Positions 12,871 through 24,983 of a stretch of DNA of 64,000 bases are shown here, in pieces (the first letter of the stretch is position 1; every line of letters begins with the position of its first letter). The translations under genes and the position numbers were made by a program. The notes below the pieces were generated by a model. That model was not told where the DNA came from. It ran no database searches and was given only the letters and a program-made list of their open reading frames with translations. The stretch is from Octopus sinensis (lineage: Eukaryota): assembly GCF_006345805.1 (NCBI RefSeq), contig NC_043007.1, positions 44,144,001 to 44,208,000 on the forward strand. Reading direction: 5' to 3'.

Positions 12871-12908
12871 CTGTCCGACGAACGGGAACGTGAAACTCTG
12901 AGTAACAG
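12871..12908 (+). ncRNA. Minimal type I hammerhead-like motif, U4C core variant
   Basis: CUGU / CCGACGA / ACG-GGAA-CGU / GAA / ACUC-U-GAGU / A / ACAG. All three stems pair; GUA cleavage triplet. Confidence 0.65.
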
Positions 12909-13040
12909 CTTTTGTTATATTTCTGCTGCTTTTAAATAAAGTATATATATATATATAGTTAATCCAAACAAGAAAACAAAAAGACAACAACGCAAGGATG
13001 TGGAACAAATAAAATATTATTGGATGCTCAGGAAAGAAAG

Positions 13041-13075
13041 GAAGACGTTTCGAGCGGAGCTCTTCGTCGGAAACA
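13041..13075 (-). ncRNA. Degenerate hammerhead-like motif at the Penelope-like terminus (stem I unpaired)
   Basis: CCGACGA-A-GAGC-UCC-GCUC-GAA-ACGU-C. The 3' strand of stem I does not pair. Confidence 0.5.
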
Positions 13076-13249
13076 TAGGAGAAAGAAAGATCCCGAGACG
13101 GGAGGACAGAGGAAAAAAAATTGCAGGTAGTCTTCACAAGGTCACATACTAAAAAGACGGAAGTGGTAAAAAAGGAGGAAAATGTTTTTAAAAACAGGAG
13201 AGCTGAATCAAAGAAGGAATGGTAAAAAAAGGTGTGCGAGATGACAAGG

Positions 13250-15150
13250 GTGTGTGTGTGAGTGTGCGTGTGTGTATGGTGGACAAGGGCTAGTAGCAGG
13301 CAGTAGTAGAATTAAAGGAGTGGTGTGGGGGTACCCTAGCAAGTTGGAAACAGGGAGGTATGCGTGTATATGTATCGTGTGTGTATTTTGTTGTAGTATG
13401 TGTGTGTGTACGTGTGCGTTTTTTTGTGTGTATGGCGAGTAACTGTGCTTAACTAAGTGCGTGTGTGCGTGTACGTGCGTATAGGTATAATTGTGTGCGT
13501 GTGTGCGTGTACGTGCGTATAGGTATAATTGTGTGCGTGTATGTATGGTTGTGTGCCGTATGGGATGTATGTGTGGGTTCATTTGTGTGTGTGCGTTTGT
13601 ATGTGTGTGTGTGTAAGCGTAAATGGATGTATATGCGTGTATCCGTGGGGTGTGAGTTTCTTTTTGCGCGTGTGCGTGTATGTGTGCGCATGTTTTGGTG
13701 TGCGTATGTGTGTGCGCATGTTTTGGTGTGCGTATGTATGTACGTATGTGTATGTGTGCCTGCACGTGGAGGTATATGTTGTGTGTATGTATATGTGTCG
13801 GTGTGTATGTGAATTAGTGTGTGTTAGTACGTGTGTATGTGTGTGTGCGTGTATTGTATATATATGTAAATGTGTGTGTACGTGCGTGGGAGTGAATGTA
13901 TGTATGTGCGTGTGTGTACAAATGTAGGGGTTTATATGTGTGTTTATATGTTTATATGTGTGTATATATATGCATGCAAGGACACACTTCACAACTGAAA
14001 GACTGATGGAAAAGACTCTTGCGGTGAAGGGCGCATGCGAATCCCCAGGCACACACGCACACGCCCAGACGTACGCCTGAAATAAAGCCAGACCCCACAG
14101 GCATGCGTGCATGCATGTATGTATGTGTGCATGCATGCATGCATGTGTGCGTGTGCATGCGAGTGTGTATGTGTGTATGTATGTCCGTATGAGTGTATGT
14201 AAGTATGTGTGTATATGTGTATGTGTGTGTATGTATGTGTGTATGTATGTATGTGTGTGTATGTGTGTATGTATGTATGTGTGTATGTGTGGAAGTGTGT
14301 GTGTGTGTATGTATGTGTGTGTACGTATGTGTGTGTGTGAATGTATGCGTGGGGAGTTGTGTGGGCGTAATGTATGTATGTATGCGTGTGTGTATGTATG
14401 TATGTATGCGTGTGTGTGTATGTATGCGTGTGCATGTGTATGTGTGTGTGTATGTATGTATGTGTGAGTGAGTGTATAGGTGTATGTCTGTATGTATGTA
14501 TGTCTTGTGTATGTATGTATGTGTGTAGGTATGTATGTGTCTGTATGTGTGTAAGTGTGTGTGCATGTATGTATGTAGGTATGTAGGTGTGCGCACGTGC
14601 ATGCATGTATGTGTGTATGTGTGTATACACACACATGCACACACGAACACACACAAACACACAACGCACGCATATGGGGCCGGCCGCACCCCAGGCACGC
14701 GCGCGCCCGCAGACCCATGAACTTCCACACCAAAAAATAAAGGAACTCCATCAATCCCTCAACTAAAAAGCGTGCGCCTGGATACAAATATATGTATGTG
14801 TGTGTGCATGCGTGTAAACGTGTGCGTGTTTATGCATGTGTGTGTGCATGCGTGTATGTGTGTGTGTGTATGTACGTATGTGTGTGTGTGTATGTGTGTA
14901 TGTATGTGCGTATGTGTGTATGTATGTGTGTGTGTTTGTATGTGTGTGCATGTGTGTATGTGTGTATGTATGTGTATGTTTGTTTGTTTGTGTGTGTATG
15001 TATGTATGTATGGTGTGTGTGTGTGTGTGTGTGAATGTATGCGTGTGTGCATGGGGTTTCCTCTGGGGTTGTGTGGGCATAATGTACATGCACGTGACGT
15101 GCGTGTATGTGTGGGTATGCATGTGTGTTTCTGTATAAGAATTAAAAAAA
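13250..15150. repeat. Compound (GT)/(GTAT) microsatellite tract
   Basis: Visible low-complexity sequence; gives spurious His/Thr/Tyr ORFs. Confidence 0.95.
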
Positions 15151-17286
15151 AAACAAAAAAAAAATGGAGAGGGGAGTGAGAAAGAGAGGTGGAGCGCAGA
15201 CACTAAGAGGAGGGGGCTGTGTTGAGTCCGTGTGGGGTATTGGTTTGTAGAGTGAAGATGAAGCGTTGCTCCAAGTGGAGCCTGGATTGGGGAAGACCGT
15301 TGTGTGGGGCGAGATCAAACACTGGGATGTCATCGGGGGAATGGCTGGCCGAGCGGAAGTGACGTGCGACGGGAGAAAAAGACCGTAGGTGAACATCCCT
15401 CAGATGTTCGGCGAATCGGTCTGACAAACGGCGTCCCGTCTGTCCTATATACAGCATTCCGCAGAGGTTGCATTTAATACAGTATATGAGGCCAGACGAA
15501 GTGCACGTAAAAGAATGTCTGATATGTACAGTTCGCTGGTTGGAGCCGGTGACAGCAGTGGTGTTGGTGATGAAGGGGCAGGTGTTGCAGCGGGATCTAG
15601 AGCACGGGAATGATCCGTGTGGGGCTGAGGGGGAAGGAGAGAGGGTGCTATGGACCAGGAGGTCGCGTAGATTCCGGGCTCGTTTGAAGGACAAGGGCGG
15701 GTTGGGGAAAATGGGGCGGTTCATGGGATCAAGCTGGAGGTGACGGAAGGCACGTATCTTCCGACGAAGGGGTAGAGTAGAGGTGTGGAAAAGGAGGGAA
15801 AGGGGGTGCGGTTGGGGGGTAGGTGAGAGGAAGGAGAAAGGGTGGAGATTGGGGGGGTATAGTAACAACAGTGTGAGGAAGCGGAGTGGTGGGATGACTG
15901 GGGTCAGGAAGAGGGGGTGCAGAGGTGTGAGGAGGAGGGTAGGGGTGGTTGGGTGAAGATGGGTTAGGCGTAGGAAGGTCAGGGTGGGATGTGGGGGGTC
16001 TGTGGAGGGGGGGTGGAGGGGTCGGGGGAGCATGTAGGGGAAGGGGGTGAAGGGTTGAGGAGGTGGTGGAGTTTTTTGTTTTTTGTGTGTGTGTGAGGAA
16101 ATTGTGGAGTTGGTGGTTGAGATTAAGAATGAAGCGGAGAATAGGTTGGCTGAAGAGTGGAGGGCAGAGGGAGGAGAGAAGGAGGTAAGCCTGGGCAAGT
16201 TTGTGGTCAAGGGAGTGAAGGAGAGGGCGGGTGGAGCGGATGGTGGCACGGATGAGGAGGCGGGAGGTGCGAGCGAGGGTGGGTTCGATGAAGGGGGAGG
16301 AATAGGGGGTAGCGTGGAACTTCAAGAGGAAGCCACGGGGTGTGACGTGATCGTGGAGGCAACGGCTGAGGAAGGAGAGATGGCTAGAGTGGCGAGTTTT
16401 TTTAAAAAGTAAGTGAGAAAGTTTTTTTGCGGGTGGTAAGCACTGCGGGGGGAAGAAGGCGAGAAAGCGGCTAAGAAGGGATTGAAGGCGTTGGATGAAC
16501 GAGTGCAAGTCAGTGGTGAAAGTTTGTGTAGGTGTAGGTGGTGGTGACACAGAAGAAAAAAAGGAAGAAAAAAAGTTTGAACACACACATATATATATAT
16601 ACGACAGGCTTCTTTCAGTTTCCGTCTACAAAATCCATTCACAAGGCTTTGGTCAGCCTGAAGCTATAGTAGAAGACACTTGCCCAAGGTGCCATGGTTC
16701 TTACCACACAGCCACGCCAGCACCTATACATATATATTTATGCATTATTTATTTTATCATGAAATTAAAACAAGTCTTAGTTGTTGGTTAATGAAGGTTT
16801 ACAAGTTGTTTGTTATACTGACAATATTATACACACACACATATATATATATACAGTGGTGAGCTAGCAGACAGAACCGTCAGCATGCAGGGCAAAATGG
16901 TAAGTGGTATTTAGTCCATCTGTATGTTGTTTGTTCAAATTCCACCAAGGTCAACTTTGCCTTTCATCCTTTCGGGGTCAATAAAATAAGTGCCAGTTGA
17001 ACATATGGGGTTGATTTAATCAACTTATCCCCTCCTAAACCTGCTGACCTTGTGTCAAAATTTGAAAGCCATATTTTAGATGTATATATATATTAACAAT
17101 TCAAAATGGCCATCCTTTGCTTTCATCATAGCCCTTAGTTTTTCTTAACTGAAGTGCATAATTTACTATGTTTAAATAATGGGTAGATGTATATTCCATA
17201 ACCTGGTATATTTTTCTCACAAATTCTTTTCTGTTACACAGAAACAGAAAAAAAAAAAAAAATCAATTTAAATATGAAAACATTAC

Positions 17287-17343
17287 CTTTTAATGCTTTC
17301 TCCAAATTCAAATATACAATTATTTCACATGACTGTCTCATAC
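17287..17343 (-). CDS. TRPT1: TRPT1 exon (MRQSCEIIVYLNLEKALK-D)
   Basis: tttgcag acceptor, G|gtaatg donor, 57 bp, phase 1/1. Matches the Tpt1 SGMRxxCE segment. Confidence 0.92.
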
Positions 17344-17554
17344 CTGCAAATAAAGGGAGAATGCATTTATCTTTGACTACATCAAGAAACAGACTTCCTT
17401 AATTTTAGACATGAACAAATGAAGCAAGCTGTATTTATAATATAAAATAACAGTAATTATTTATAACACAGGCAAATAACCATAAAATGTATGGGACTAG
17501 GAAGAAAATTTCGTAGATGCATTTATTCCCCACTACTTTGAGCCTATTAGAAGG

Positions 17555-17589
<35 letters not shown>

Positions 17590-17590
<1 letters not shown>

Positions 17591-18440
17591 TATGGTCATG
17601 TGGCGAGAATGGATGAAGATAGTTGTGTGAAAAAGTGCCACACCCTAGCGGTTGAGGGAACCTGTGGAAGAGGCAGACCCAGGAAAACCTGGGACGAGGT
17701 GGTGAAGCACGACCTTCGAACTTTAGGTCTCACTGAGGAAATGACTAGAGACCGAGTCCTCTGGAAGTGTGCTGTGCGCGAGAAGACCCGGCAGGACAAG
17801 TGAGTCCATAACCCGTGGCCTTCTACTTGGGATGGAGCCAGCCTACGTATGCATACCTTCCCTTCTTGGGACACAAAACTCTACTTGTGAAGACCTGTTG
17901 AGGCAAGTGAGGATCAACTCTACTTGTGAAGACCTGTTGAGGCAAGTGAGGATCAGAATCGAAATCGATCAATGGAAATTGCAGATGTGTTACCAGTGCC
18001 GGTGGCATGTCGAAACTCTACTTGTGAAGACCCGTTGAGGCAAGTGAGGATCAGAATCGAAATCGATCAATGGAAATTGCAGATGTGTTACCAGTGCCGG
18101 TGGCATGTAAGAGAACCTTCCGTTTCGTGACCGTTGCCAGCACCGCCCCGTTTCGTGTCCGTTGCCAGCCTCGCCTGGCCCTTGTGCCGGTGGCATGTAA
18201 AAAGCACCATCCGTTCGTGGCCGTTTGCCAGCTCTGTCTGGCACCTGTGCGGGTGGCACGTAAAAAGCACCCACTACACTCACGGAGTGGTTGGCGTTAG
18301 GAAGGGCATCCAGCCGTAGAAACACTGCCAGATTTGACTGGGCCTGATGAAGCCTTCTGGCTTCACAGACCCCAGTAGAACCGTCCAACCCATGCTAGCA
18401 TGGAAAACGGACGCTAAACGATGATGATGATGATGATGAT
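17590..18440 (+). mobile_element. Young RTE LINE 3' end with tandemly repeated 3' UTR modules
   Basis: HVARMDEDSCVKKC...GRGRPRKTWDEVV...RQDK*, internal duplications, CpGs intact, (GAT)n tail. Confidence 0.88.
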
Positions 18441-18616
18441 ATATATATAAATAATAATAATAATAATAATTGCACGACTAGGCACTGCACACATCCTACA
18501 CAGAACACTTTCCATACAATAACCATCAGAGCATCACAACAAATCACAGCACATACCCAAGGCACACAGAGCTGCGCTCGGTAGTGAAGTGAAAGCACGC
18601 TATAAAAATAAAACTA

Positions 18617-18660
<44 letters not shown>

Positions 18661-18661
<1 letters not shown>

Positions 18662-18840
18662 GATGGAAAATGCACACAGTTTACATAGTTTTAATATATT
18701 TTAAATGATAGAATACTGTGGTAATTGACTGATTTCATGTTTCACTAATCATGATGTTGAAATTATTGTAATTTCGTATTTTCTTATTCTATCATTTAAA
18801 ATGTATTAAAACTAAGTAAACTGTGTGCATTTTCCTTCTT
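18661..18840. mobile_element. MITE with about 50-bp TIRs
   Basis: GGAAAATGCACACAGTTTAC...TGATAGAATA inverted at 18785-18835. Confidence 0.75.
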
Positions 18841-19640
18841 TTATTATTATATGTATTTTTTTGCATTACAACTCACCACATGGGGATAATCGGAATTCTC
18901 TTCCTCCTTTTTTTTACTATATGAGTATATAGGGAAAAATTATTTAGGCAGGTAGCGTAAGAGTTCTCAAGTATATTCCAAGTTCCGGCTAACCACATCA
19001 AAGAGTAAGAAGCATCAATGATCGTTTAGGGAGGTGGTTCTCAACTGGGATCCACCCAACATAATAGCAAATTGGCAATCCACAACAGTATTTTAAGGGC
19101 CACTGAAAATATTTTACTTTAGATGTATGTATTGGTATGTATTGCAAGAAGCAGCTAGGTTTCTTTCTCCAACATTTTTCATAGTTCAAATTATACAAGT
19201 TAATATGTGAAAAATAAAATAGGAATTTTAAAAGAAGTTTCTAAAAGACTAGTTTTTAAACATCAGCATAAAATAGTAATCAAAGGGGCCCATATATAAA
19301 AAATGGTTGAGAACCCCTTGTTTAAGGTGAGCAATCCTGCTGTAATTCTTCTGATGGGTAAATCCAGGTTCACTTCCCAATAGAATAATGAAATAAATTT
19401 GCCATGAATAAATAAACTCAGTTCACTTCAAAATACTTGTAGAAAAACCTTGAATGAATGTGCATAGCAGAATATAGTGAGTTTGCATACACAACTGCAC
19501 ACACTTCGTGCAGCAGAAATACATGTCTGTCATTTTAACTAGCTAATTATACTGCATAACTAACTGATAAATTAAGAGAAAAATTTGAAGATGTACCAAT
19601 CTCCATATTCTGTACGTACGTGTGTGTGTATATATATATA

Positions 19641-20278
19641 CTAGCAGTATCGCCCGGCGTTGCTCGGGTTTGTAAGGGAAATAACTATATAAGCATTTTT
19701 AGAGAGTTATAGCCAAAAAATAGCAAAAAATGCATTAAAAATGGAAAAAATATGATGGTAAATTTTTTAAAAAATCGTTGACTCATCGTAGACATTTTTA
19801 GAGAGTTACTTCCCTTATATAATAGCGAAAAAATGCATTAAAATGGAAAAAAAACGATGGTAAATTTTTTTTTAAAATCGTAGACTCATGTAGACGCTTT
19901 CTTAGCCATTTCTGTTTTGGTGTCTTCAAGCCATGAAGTCGTTGTTCTAAAAGAACACTGGTCTCCTTGACAACGCATTACGACGTTGATTTCCTTACAC
20001 TCCCTTCCCCACAGGTGCAGGTGTGAGCGTGGACGCCAACTCCGCCGCCATCGACACACGAAAAATTATGCATTAAAATGGAATAAAAAATGATGTTAAA
20101 TTATTTTTAAAATCGTAGACTCATCGTAGATGCGCGCTAATATTCAGATGGGCTCGATATGAATCACGACTATAAGCTACCCGAATTTGGTTAAACTGCA
20201 CCACAAAATGTGGGAGTAGTTAGGAATCTAAATCGAAGGGGACAGACACTCACACAACTACAGTTTTATATATATAGA
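19641..20278 (-). mobile_element. Non-autonomous Helitron
   Basis: A|TC 5' end, CCCG-AGCAACGC-CGGG hairpin and CTAG|T 3' end; internal tandem repeats. Confidence 0.88.
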
Positions 20279-20349
20279 TATACATAGCGCAGTAGTGGTG
20301 AGATGTGACAGCAAAGAAAAGCATACATTCACTCTCTGCATGCAATTAG

Positions 20350-20715
20350 ACTCGGAAAGTTCGTGAGGAACCCATTGACCCAATTTGCTGACTTTTCCGA
20401 TAGCACACAGGTCTCAATGAATGGTTGAATGACCAAATCCAAGCTTCTCTGCTAGTTCCTCAACAGTTACGATGAGATTTTGTTCCACCAGGGTTTCAGG
20501 ATGTCCTTGTCGAGTTCTACAGATCTTTCAGGATGAGGCTCGTCTTCTAGGCTGTAGTTTATGGCTCGGGATTTCTGGAACCACCATTGACACTGCCTTA
20601 CGCTTATTGTCCAATCCCCATATACTGCATTAATATTTCTTGTACTTTGCACACATTTATATTCTGTTATTCTTTTATATGTTTCAGCCTTGAGGTTGTG
20701 GCCATGCTGGATCAT
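20350..20715 (-). mobile_element. Mariner transposase N-terminal fragment
   Basis: STRNINAVYGD..SVRQCQWWFQK..NYSLEDEP HTH motif. Confidence 0.75.
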
Positions 20716-20719
20716 GTGT

Positions 20720-20901
20720 GTGTGTGTGTGTGTCTATCTGTCTGTCTGTCTGTATGTATATATGTATATGTATGTGTGTGAACAATAATATTTTCAACAG
20801 ATGTGTTGCAAATGTATCTGATTGTTCTCAAGCTACAATACTGTGTGTGTGTGTGTATGTGTGTGTGTGTATGTATGTATGTATGTATGTATGTATGTAT
20901 G

Positions 20902-20933
<32 letters not shown>

Positions 20934-21030
20934 TGTATGTATGTGTGTATGTATGTATGTATGTGTGTGTGTATGTATGTGTGTGTGTATGTGTGTGTAT
21001 GTATGTATGTATGTATGTATGAGTGTATGT
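20720..21030. repeat. (TATG)n/(TG)n microsatellite
   Basis: Directly visible. Confidence 0.95.
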
Positions 21031-21049
21031 TTACTTTATTACTAACACA

Positions 21050-21491
21050 AGCCACTACGGTTATTTAATGTAAAGTCTTCCTTAAATCACTCTCTCTCTC
21101 GCTATTTACTCTCTTCCAAGAACATTTTCACTCACTCTTAGCTCCCCATACATTTTACTCATGTATCTATCAGCGTCATAGACAGAATACTTTCAGTTTA
21201 GTCTTCCTCAAATCACTGTCGCTATTTACTTTCATTTTATTCGTTGCCCACTGTGTGTGTGCGTTTGCGTGTGGTGTAAACCAGACTAAGAAAAGCATTT
21301 GACACACACACCAGAATGTGAGTTTTCTGTAAATTTTGCTTAATTGGAGTTTAAATTTTAAAAACTGGACCTGGCATGACGCGATGCATTGTACTCTTAA
21401 AAATGCTAGGTAAATTGTAATTGAAGAAATCCTATATTGTAGATTTCTATAACTCCCAAAGGGAGGCAGATAAAATCTGCCTTTTATAATA

Positions 21492-21497
<6 letters not shown>
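21050..21497 (-). mobile_element. Helitron-like 5' portion, second family
   Basis: A|TCTCTTATTATAAAAGGCAG start with AGGCAGAT/ATCTGCCT hairpin; near-identical to 25950-26221. Confidence 0.6.
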
Positions 21498-21530
<33 letters not shown>

Positions 21531-21844
21531 AACAAGGTAGTCAGAATGTTGGATGGTTATATATATTTTTATTTACATTTTTAGCACTTTCTTGTTATCA
21601 GATTTATGAAAAAAGTGGTTTACAGTCAGTTTGCTTCGCCTTTTTTATAAAATTGAAACTGATGGTGTTTTAGAAAGGGAGAGGGAGGAGAGAGGAACAA
21701 ATCAGAAAGGAAGGTGCAAGGGTGGAAGAGGAGGAGAGAGTGGGAGATAGTGAAGCTATCAAAGAGAAAAGTAAGTAGGAGTGTATTTTGGAGGATTGTG
21801 AAGGGAGGGAAAAGAAAAAAGTTTGAGAGGGAGGGAGAGATACA

Positions 21845-21960
21845 GGTGGTGCTTCCCAACATTCATGAATACAGTGCCAAGATACTTAAACTTCTCCACT
21901 TGCCTCAGTGATGTTGCACTAAAATACAGAGTGCGCTGGGAAGACAATCTGAAGAGGAAA
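21845..21960 (-). mobile_element. Short LINE RT fragment
   Basis: RQVEKFKYLGTVF motif. Confidence 0.55.
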
Positions 21961-22019
21961 ATGTTTCAGTCTTTGCAGCACTCGCCAGTGAACTTATTCA
22001 GTGCATGCTGGAGATATTT

Positions 22020-23535
22020 TCTGATGAACCAAGTAAAAGAACAAAAACAAAAAAAAGATTGGTCATGAATGACCTAGAAAGTTACCCGCCAAAGCATAAG
22101 TCTGTTATTGAGATTATATGGATCTTATCACATTTCTAGGTAATTTGACATCAGGAAAATGTGACTGACCCACAACACCACTCTCTTTTGAAAACACGAG
22201 GATTGCATGTAGGGTTTGAACTCGCTCACTTTTCATGAACATGGTGATGTTTGCAAATGCATCTTTATGAAAAGCATGATGCACATGCAAAATGTTGACT
22301 CATAGGGTATAACAGGCACCCAATTTACTAACCATTCATTTCCCAAACACAACAAGCATGCCAAGACTGACATAAAATCAGAGGGAGTAAACCATCAGAT
22401 GTTTCCATGCTGGTCAATGTCCATGGGTCACTTCTAATGACTTGAACTGCAGTATTTGGACAACTGAGCAGCTGAGAGAATGACACAATGCCACAAACAG
22501 CACGGATGATCATCCATGCAGTGGCTGACCAAGGGTTACAATGGCATGTCAAGATCACCACCTGCACCGACGGCACTTGCAGGACCAATTCTGGAGGACA
22601 ACAGAATCAGCTAAGCAGACCATAGGGACTCACCACAGACCCATTTGTGCAGAGACAGTTCACTGCTGACTGAGATCTTCTAATCTGTCTTGTCAACGTC
22701 CAGCTAGGGGCCCCATTTTCACAAATTGACATCGACAGGTATGTCTGCAGTGGGCTGAAAAACATCAGAACTAGTGATATCAGTAGTGGAGGACTATAGT
22801 CTTCTCTGACAAAAGTCAATATTGCATTTCTGTGGCAGATGGCAGAGCTAGGGTTTGGAGAAGAAGGGGTGAATGTCATGCTGATGGCGTGGTGGACAGA
22901 AACTCGTGGGGAGGACAGAGCATCATGGTATGGGGCAGAACAGCACTCAACCAGAAACATCAGCCAAGGCTGGGGCAATGGAGTAATTGCTGCTTGCTAC
23001 ATTGACCAAATGTTGAGGCCTCATATTGTTATACTTTGTCCATCATCAGAATCACGTGTTCCAACATAACAATGCCCGTGCCCAAACTGCCAGGTTGACA
23101 ACAGACTTCCTCCACCAGCACAACATCCAGACTGCCATGGCTTGCCCTAAGTCTGGACTTGAACTCCATAGAGCACCTGTGGGAAGAAATCCAAAGAAAG
23201 CTAAATGACATCTGTCCAAGGCTGACAACTGCAAGCTTTAACAGAGTGTGATTTGCTATCCCCATGGCCTTCAATTTGGTGCATTCAATGTACAGAAAAT
23301 GCCTGGCTGTAATCAATGATAATGGTGGTCACACAAAACATTGAGTTCATCTCTTTAGATCCAGGACACTCCATCATTATGTGACACCATGTGACTTTAA
23401 ACACATTTCAGGAAATAAAGTTTTATCATTGAGAGAAAAAAGTTTCTTAATTAGCACTTTTCAATCAATGCTATAGCAGTCTGTTAATAAACTGGTTTCT
23501 ATGTGTGAGACATTTCTTTTGTGGTTCAGTTTATA
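22020..23535 (+). mobile_element. Degraded Tc1-like transposon
   Basis: MPRLT start; VFQHNNARAQTARLTTDFLHQHNI and a frameshifted SPDLNPIEHLW-like segment. Boundaries approximate. Confidence 0.8.
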
Positions 23536-24166
23536 CATGATAACACATATCCGTTTAATTCATCTAGCATGTTTCCCCATGCTAGCATTATTTGGACCAG
23601 GATATATTTGAGGGCAGGATTCCAAGGCTGGGTGCTTATCTAGATGCCAATCTTTAACTTGTTTTTAAAATAAGTGAATTTTCATTTTACCAGTTATGTC
23701 AACAAAGACTGTAAACATCTTTCACTCAAATGAAGCTGTAGGATGTGTGTGTGTGTGTGTGTGTGTGTGTAGACATAATATGCAGGCACAGCTTTGAGGT
23801 TAAAAAGTTCACATCATGACCACACAATTGGGCATATCCTTCAGTTGACCAATACTGTGTGAGTGAAATTTGATAAGCAGAGACTGTATAGGAGCCTACT
23901 GTAAGTGTTTGTATTGGTATGTTTTCCATTGAAGCTTTAGTTAGAAGCAACAAAGTTTTTCATAAAGAAAATATCCAGCAGTTAGGGAGTTTATGTGAAG
24001 TCATAGAATAAAGTATTTTATTTTGAAATAAGCAACAGTCAGCATCAGGGAGAACGACTGGCCGTAGAATACTGCCTCAACAAGCCTTAGCTAACCCATG
24101 CCAGTATATAAAAAGCAGACATAAAACTGATGATGAGGATGATAAGAAATACTAATTTATAATTAA

Positions 24167-24560
24167 CTAGCAGTATCGCCCGGCGTTGCTCGGGTTTGTA
24201 AGGGAAATAATTATATAAGCATTTTTAGAGATGTAAAGTATAATAGCCATCTCAATATGGCTAACCACAAAGGGGGAGGGGTGTTACTGTAGCTTTTTAC
24301 GTTCTGAGATTTAATAATAAATTTTAGAGAGTTACTTCCCTTATATATGTCAAAAATGGATTAAAAATGGAAAAAATGATGGTAAATTTTTTTTTAAATC
24401 GTAGACTCATCGTAGACGCGTGCTAATACCCAGACGGTCTCGATATGAATCACGACTATAAGATACCCGGTTTTGGTTAAACTGCACCGCAAAATGTGGG
24501 AGTAGTTAGGAATCTAAATCGTAGGAGACAGACACACAACCTCACTTTTATATATAAAGA
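24167..24560 (-). mobile_element. Non-autonomous Helitron, same family
   Basis: Identical termini and hairpin; shorter interior. Confidence 0.88.
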
Positions 24561-24724
24561 TTTCCTCTATTTACATAATATTGAGGTCTCTTTCTTTCTT
24601 TTGTTATCTTACTGTTTTTACCAATATATATATATATATATATATATAAATATATATATAGTTACAGAGATGTACTTGCATAGCAAGTGACTTGATCTGA
24701 GATCGTGTGCTGGAACGAAAACAG

Positions 24725-24983
24725 TTGCAGCGTTGAAGGTGTTTATAAGCCATTTAAGAAACACACAAAAACCATTAGATTCACTTCAACATTTAAATTT
24801 AATTTGTCAAATATTTTCGTCGCTTTGAGACCGCGACCTGTTAGCACGATATTTTTGTCAGTGAACAGGTCGCGGTCTCAAAGCGACGAAAATATTTTGA
24901 CAAATTAAATTTAAATGTTGAAGTGAATGTAACGGTTTTGTGTGTGTTTCTTAAATGGCTTACAAACACCTTCCACGCTGCAA
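24725..24983. repeat. Long inverted repeat, about 120-bp arms and about 21-nt spacer
   Basis: Arms 24725-24842 and 24864-24983 are near-perfect reverse complements. Confidence 0.95.
24854..24904 (+). ncRNA. Type I hammerhead-like motif with G3-C8 compensatory core swap
   Basis: UUUGUCA / GUGAACA-G / GUCGC-loop-GCGAC / GAA / AAUAUU palindrome / U / UGACAAA. Confidence 0.6.

Larger units (their letters stand above)
12960..16590 (-). mobile_element. Penelope-like element: N-terminal ORF region joined to GIY-YIG endonuclease, no RT, long CA-rich tract, hammerhead-bearing terminus
   Basis: HLSFLSRCLHDHVTPRGFLLKF (N-terminus); RNLRDLLV, PCSRSRCNTC and CGMLYIGQTGRRLSDRFAEH...GLN (GIY-YIG). No RT motifs between them. 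Confidence 0.8.

Noticed and set aside
13925-14790. Odd GC-rich islands and a strand flip inside the CA tract
   Set aside because: They look like garbled SINE sequence or poor long-read consensus; no structure can be supported without reads.
13208-15179. Long ORFs (up to 402 aa) rich in His/Thr/Tyr or Val/Cys/Met
   Set aside because: Translations of CA/TACA microsatellite, not genes.
18344-18366. CUGAUGA followed by an AGCC/GGCU hairpin
   Set aside because: A point variant of the RTE 3' UTR (cctggtgcagcc); no GAAA or stem III.
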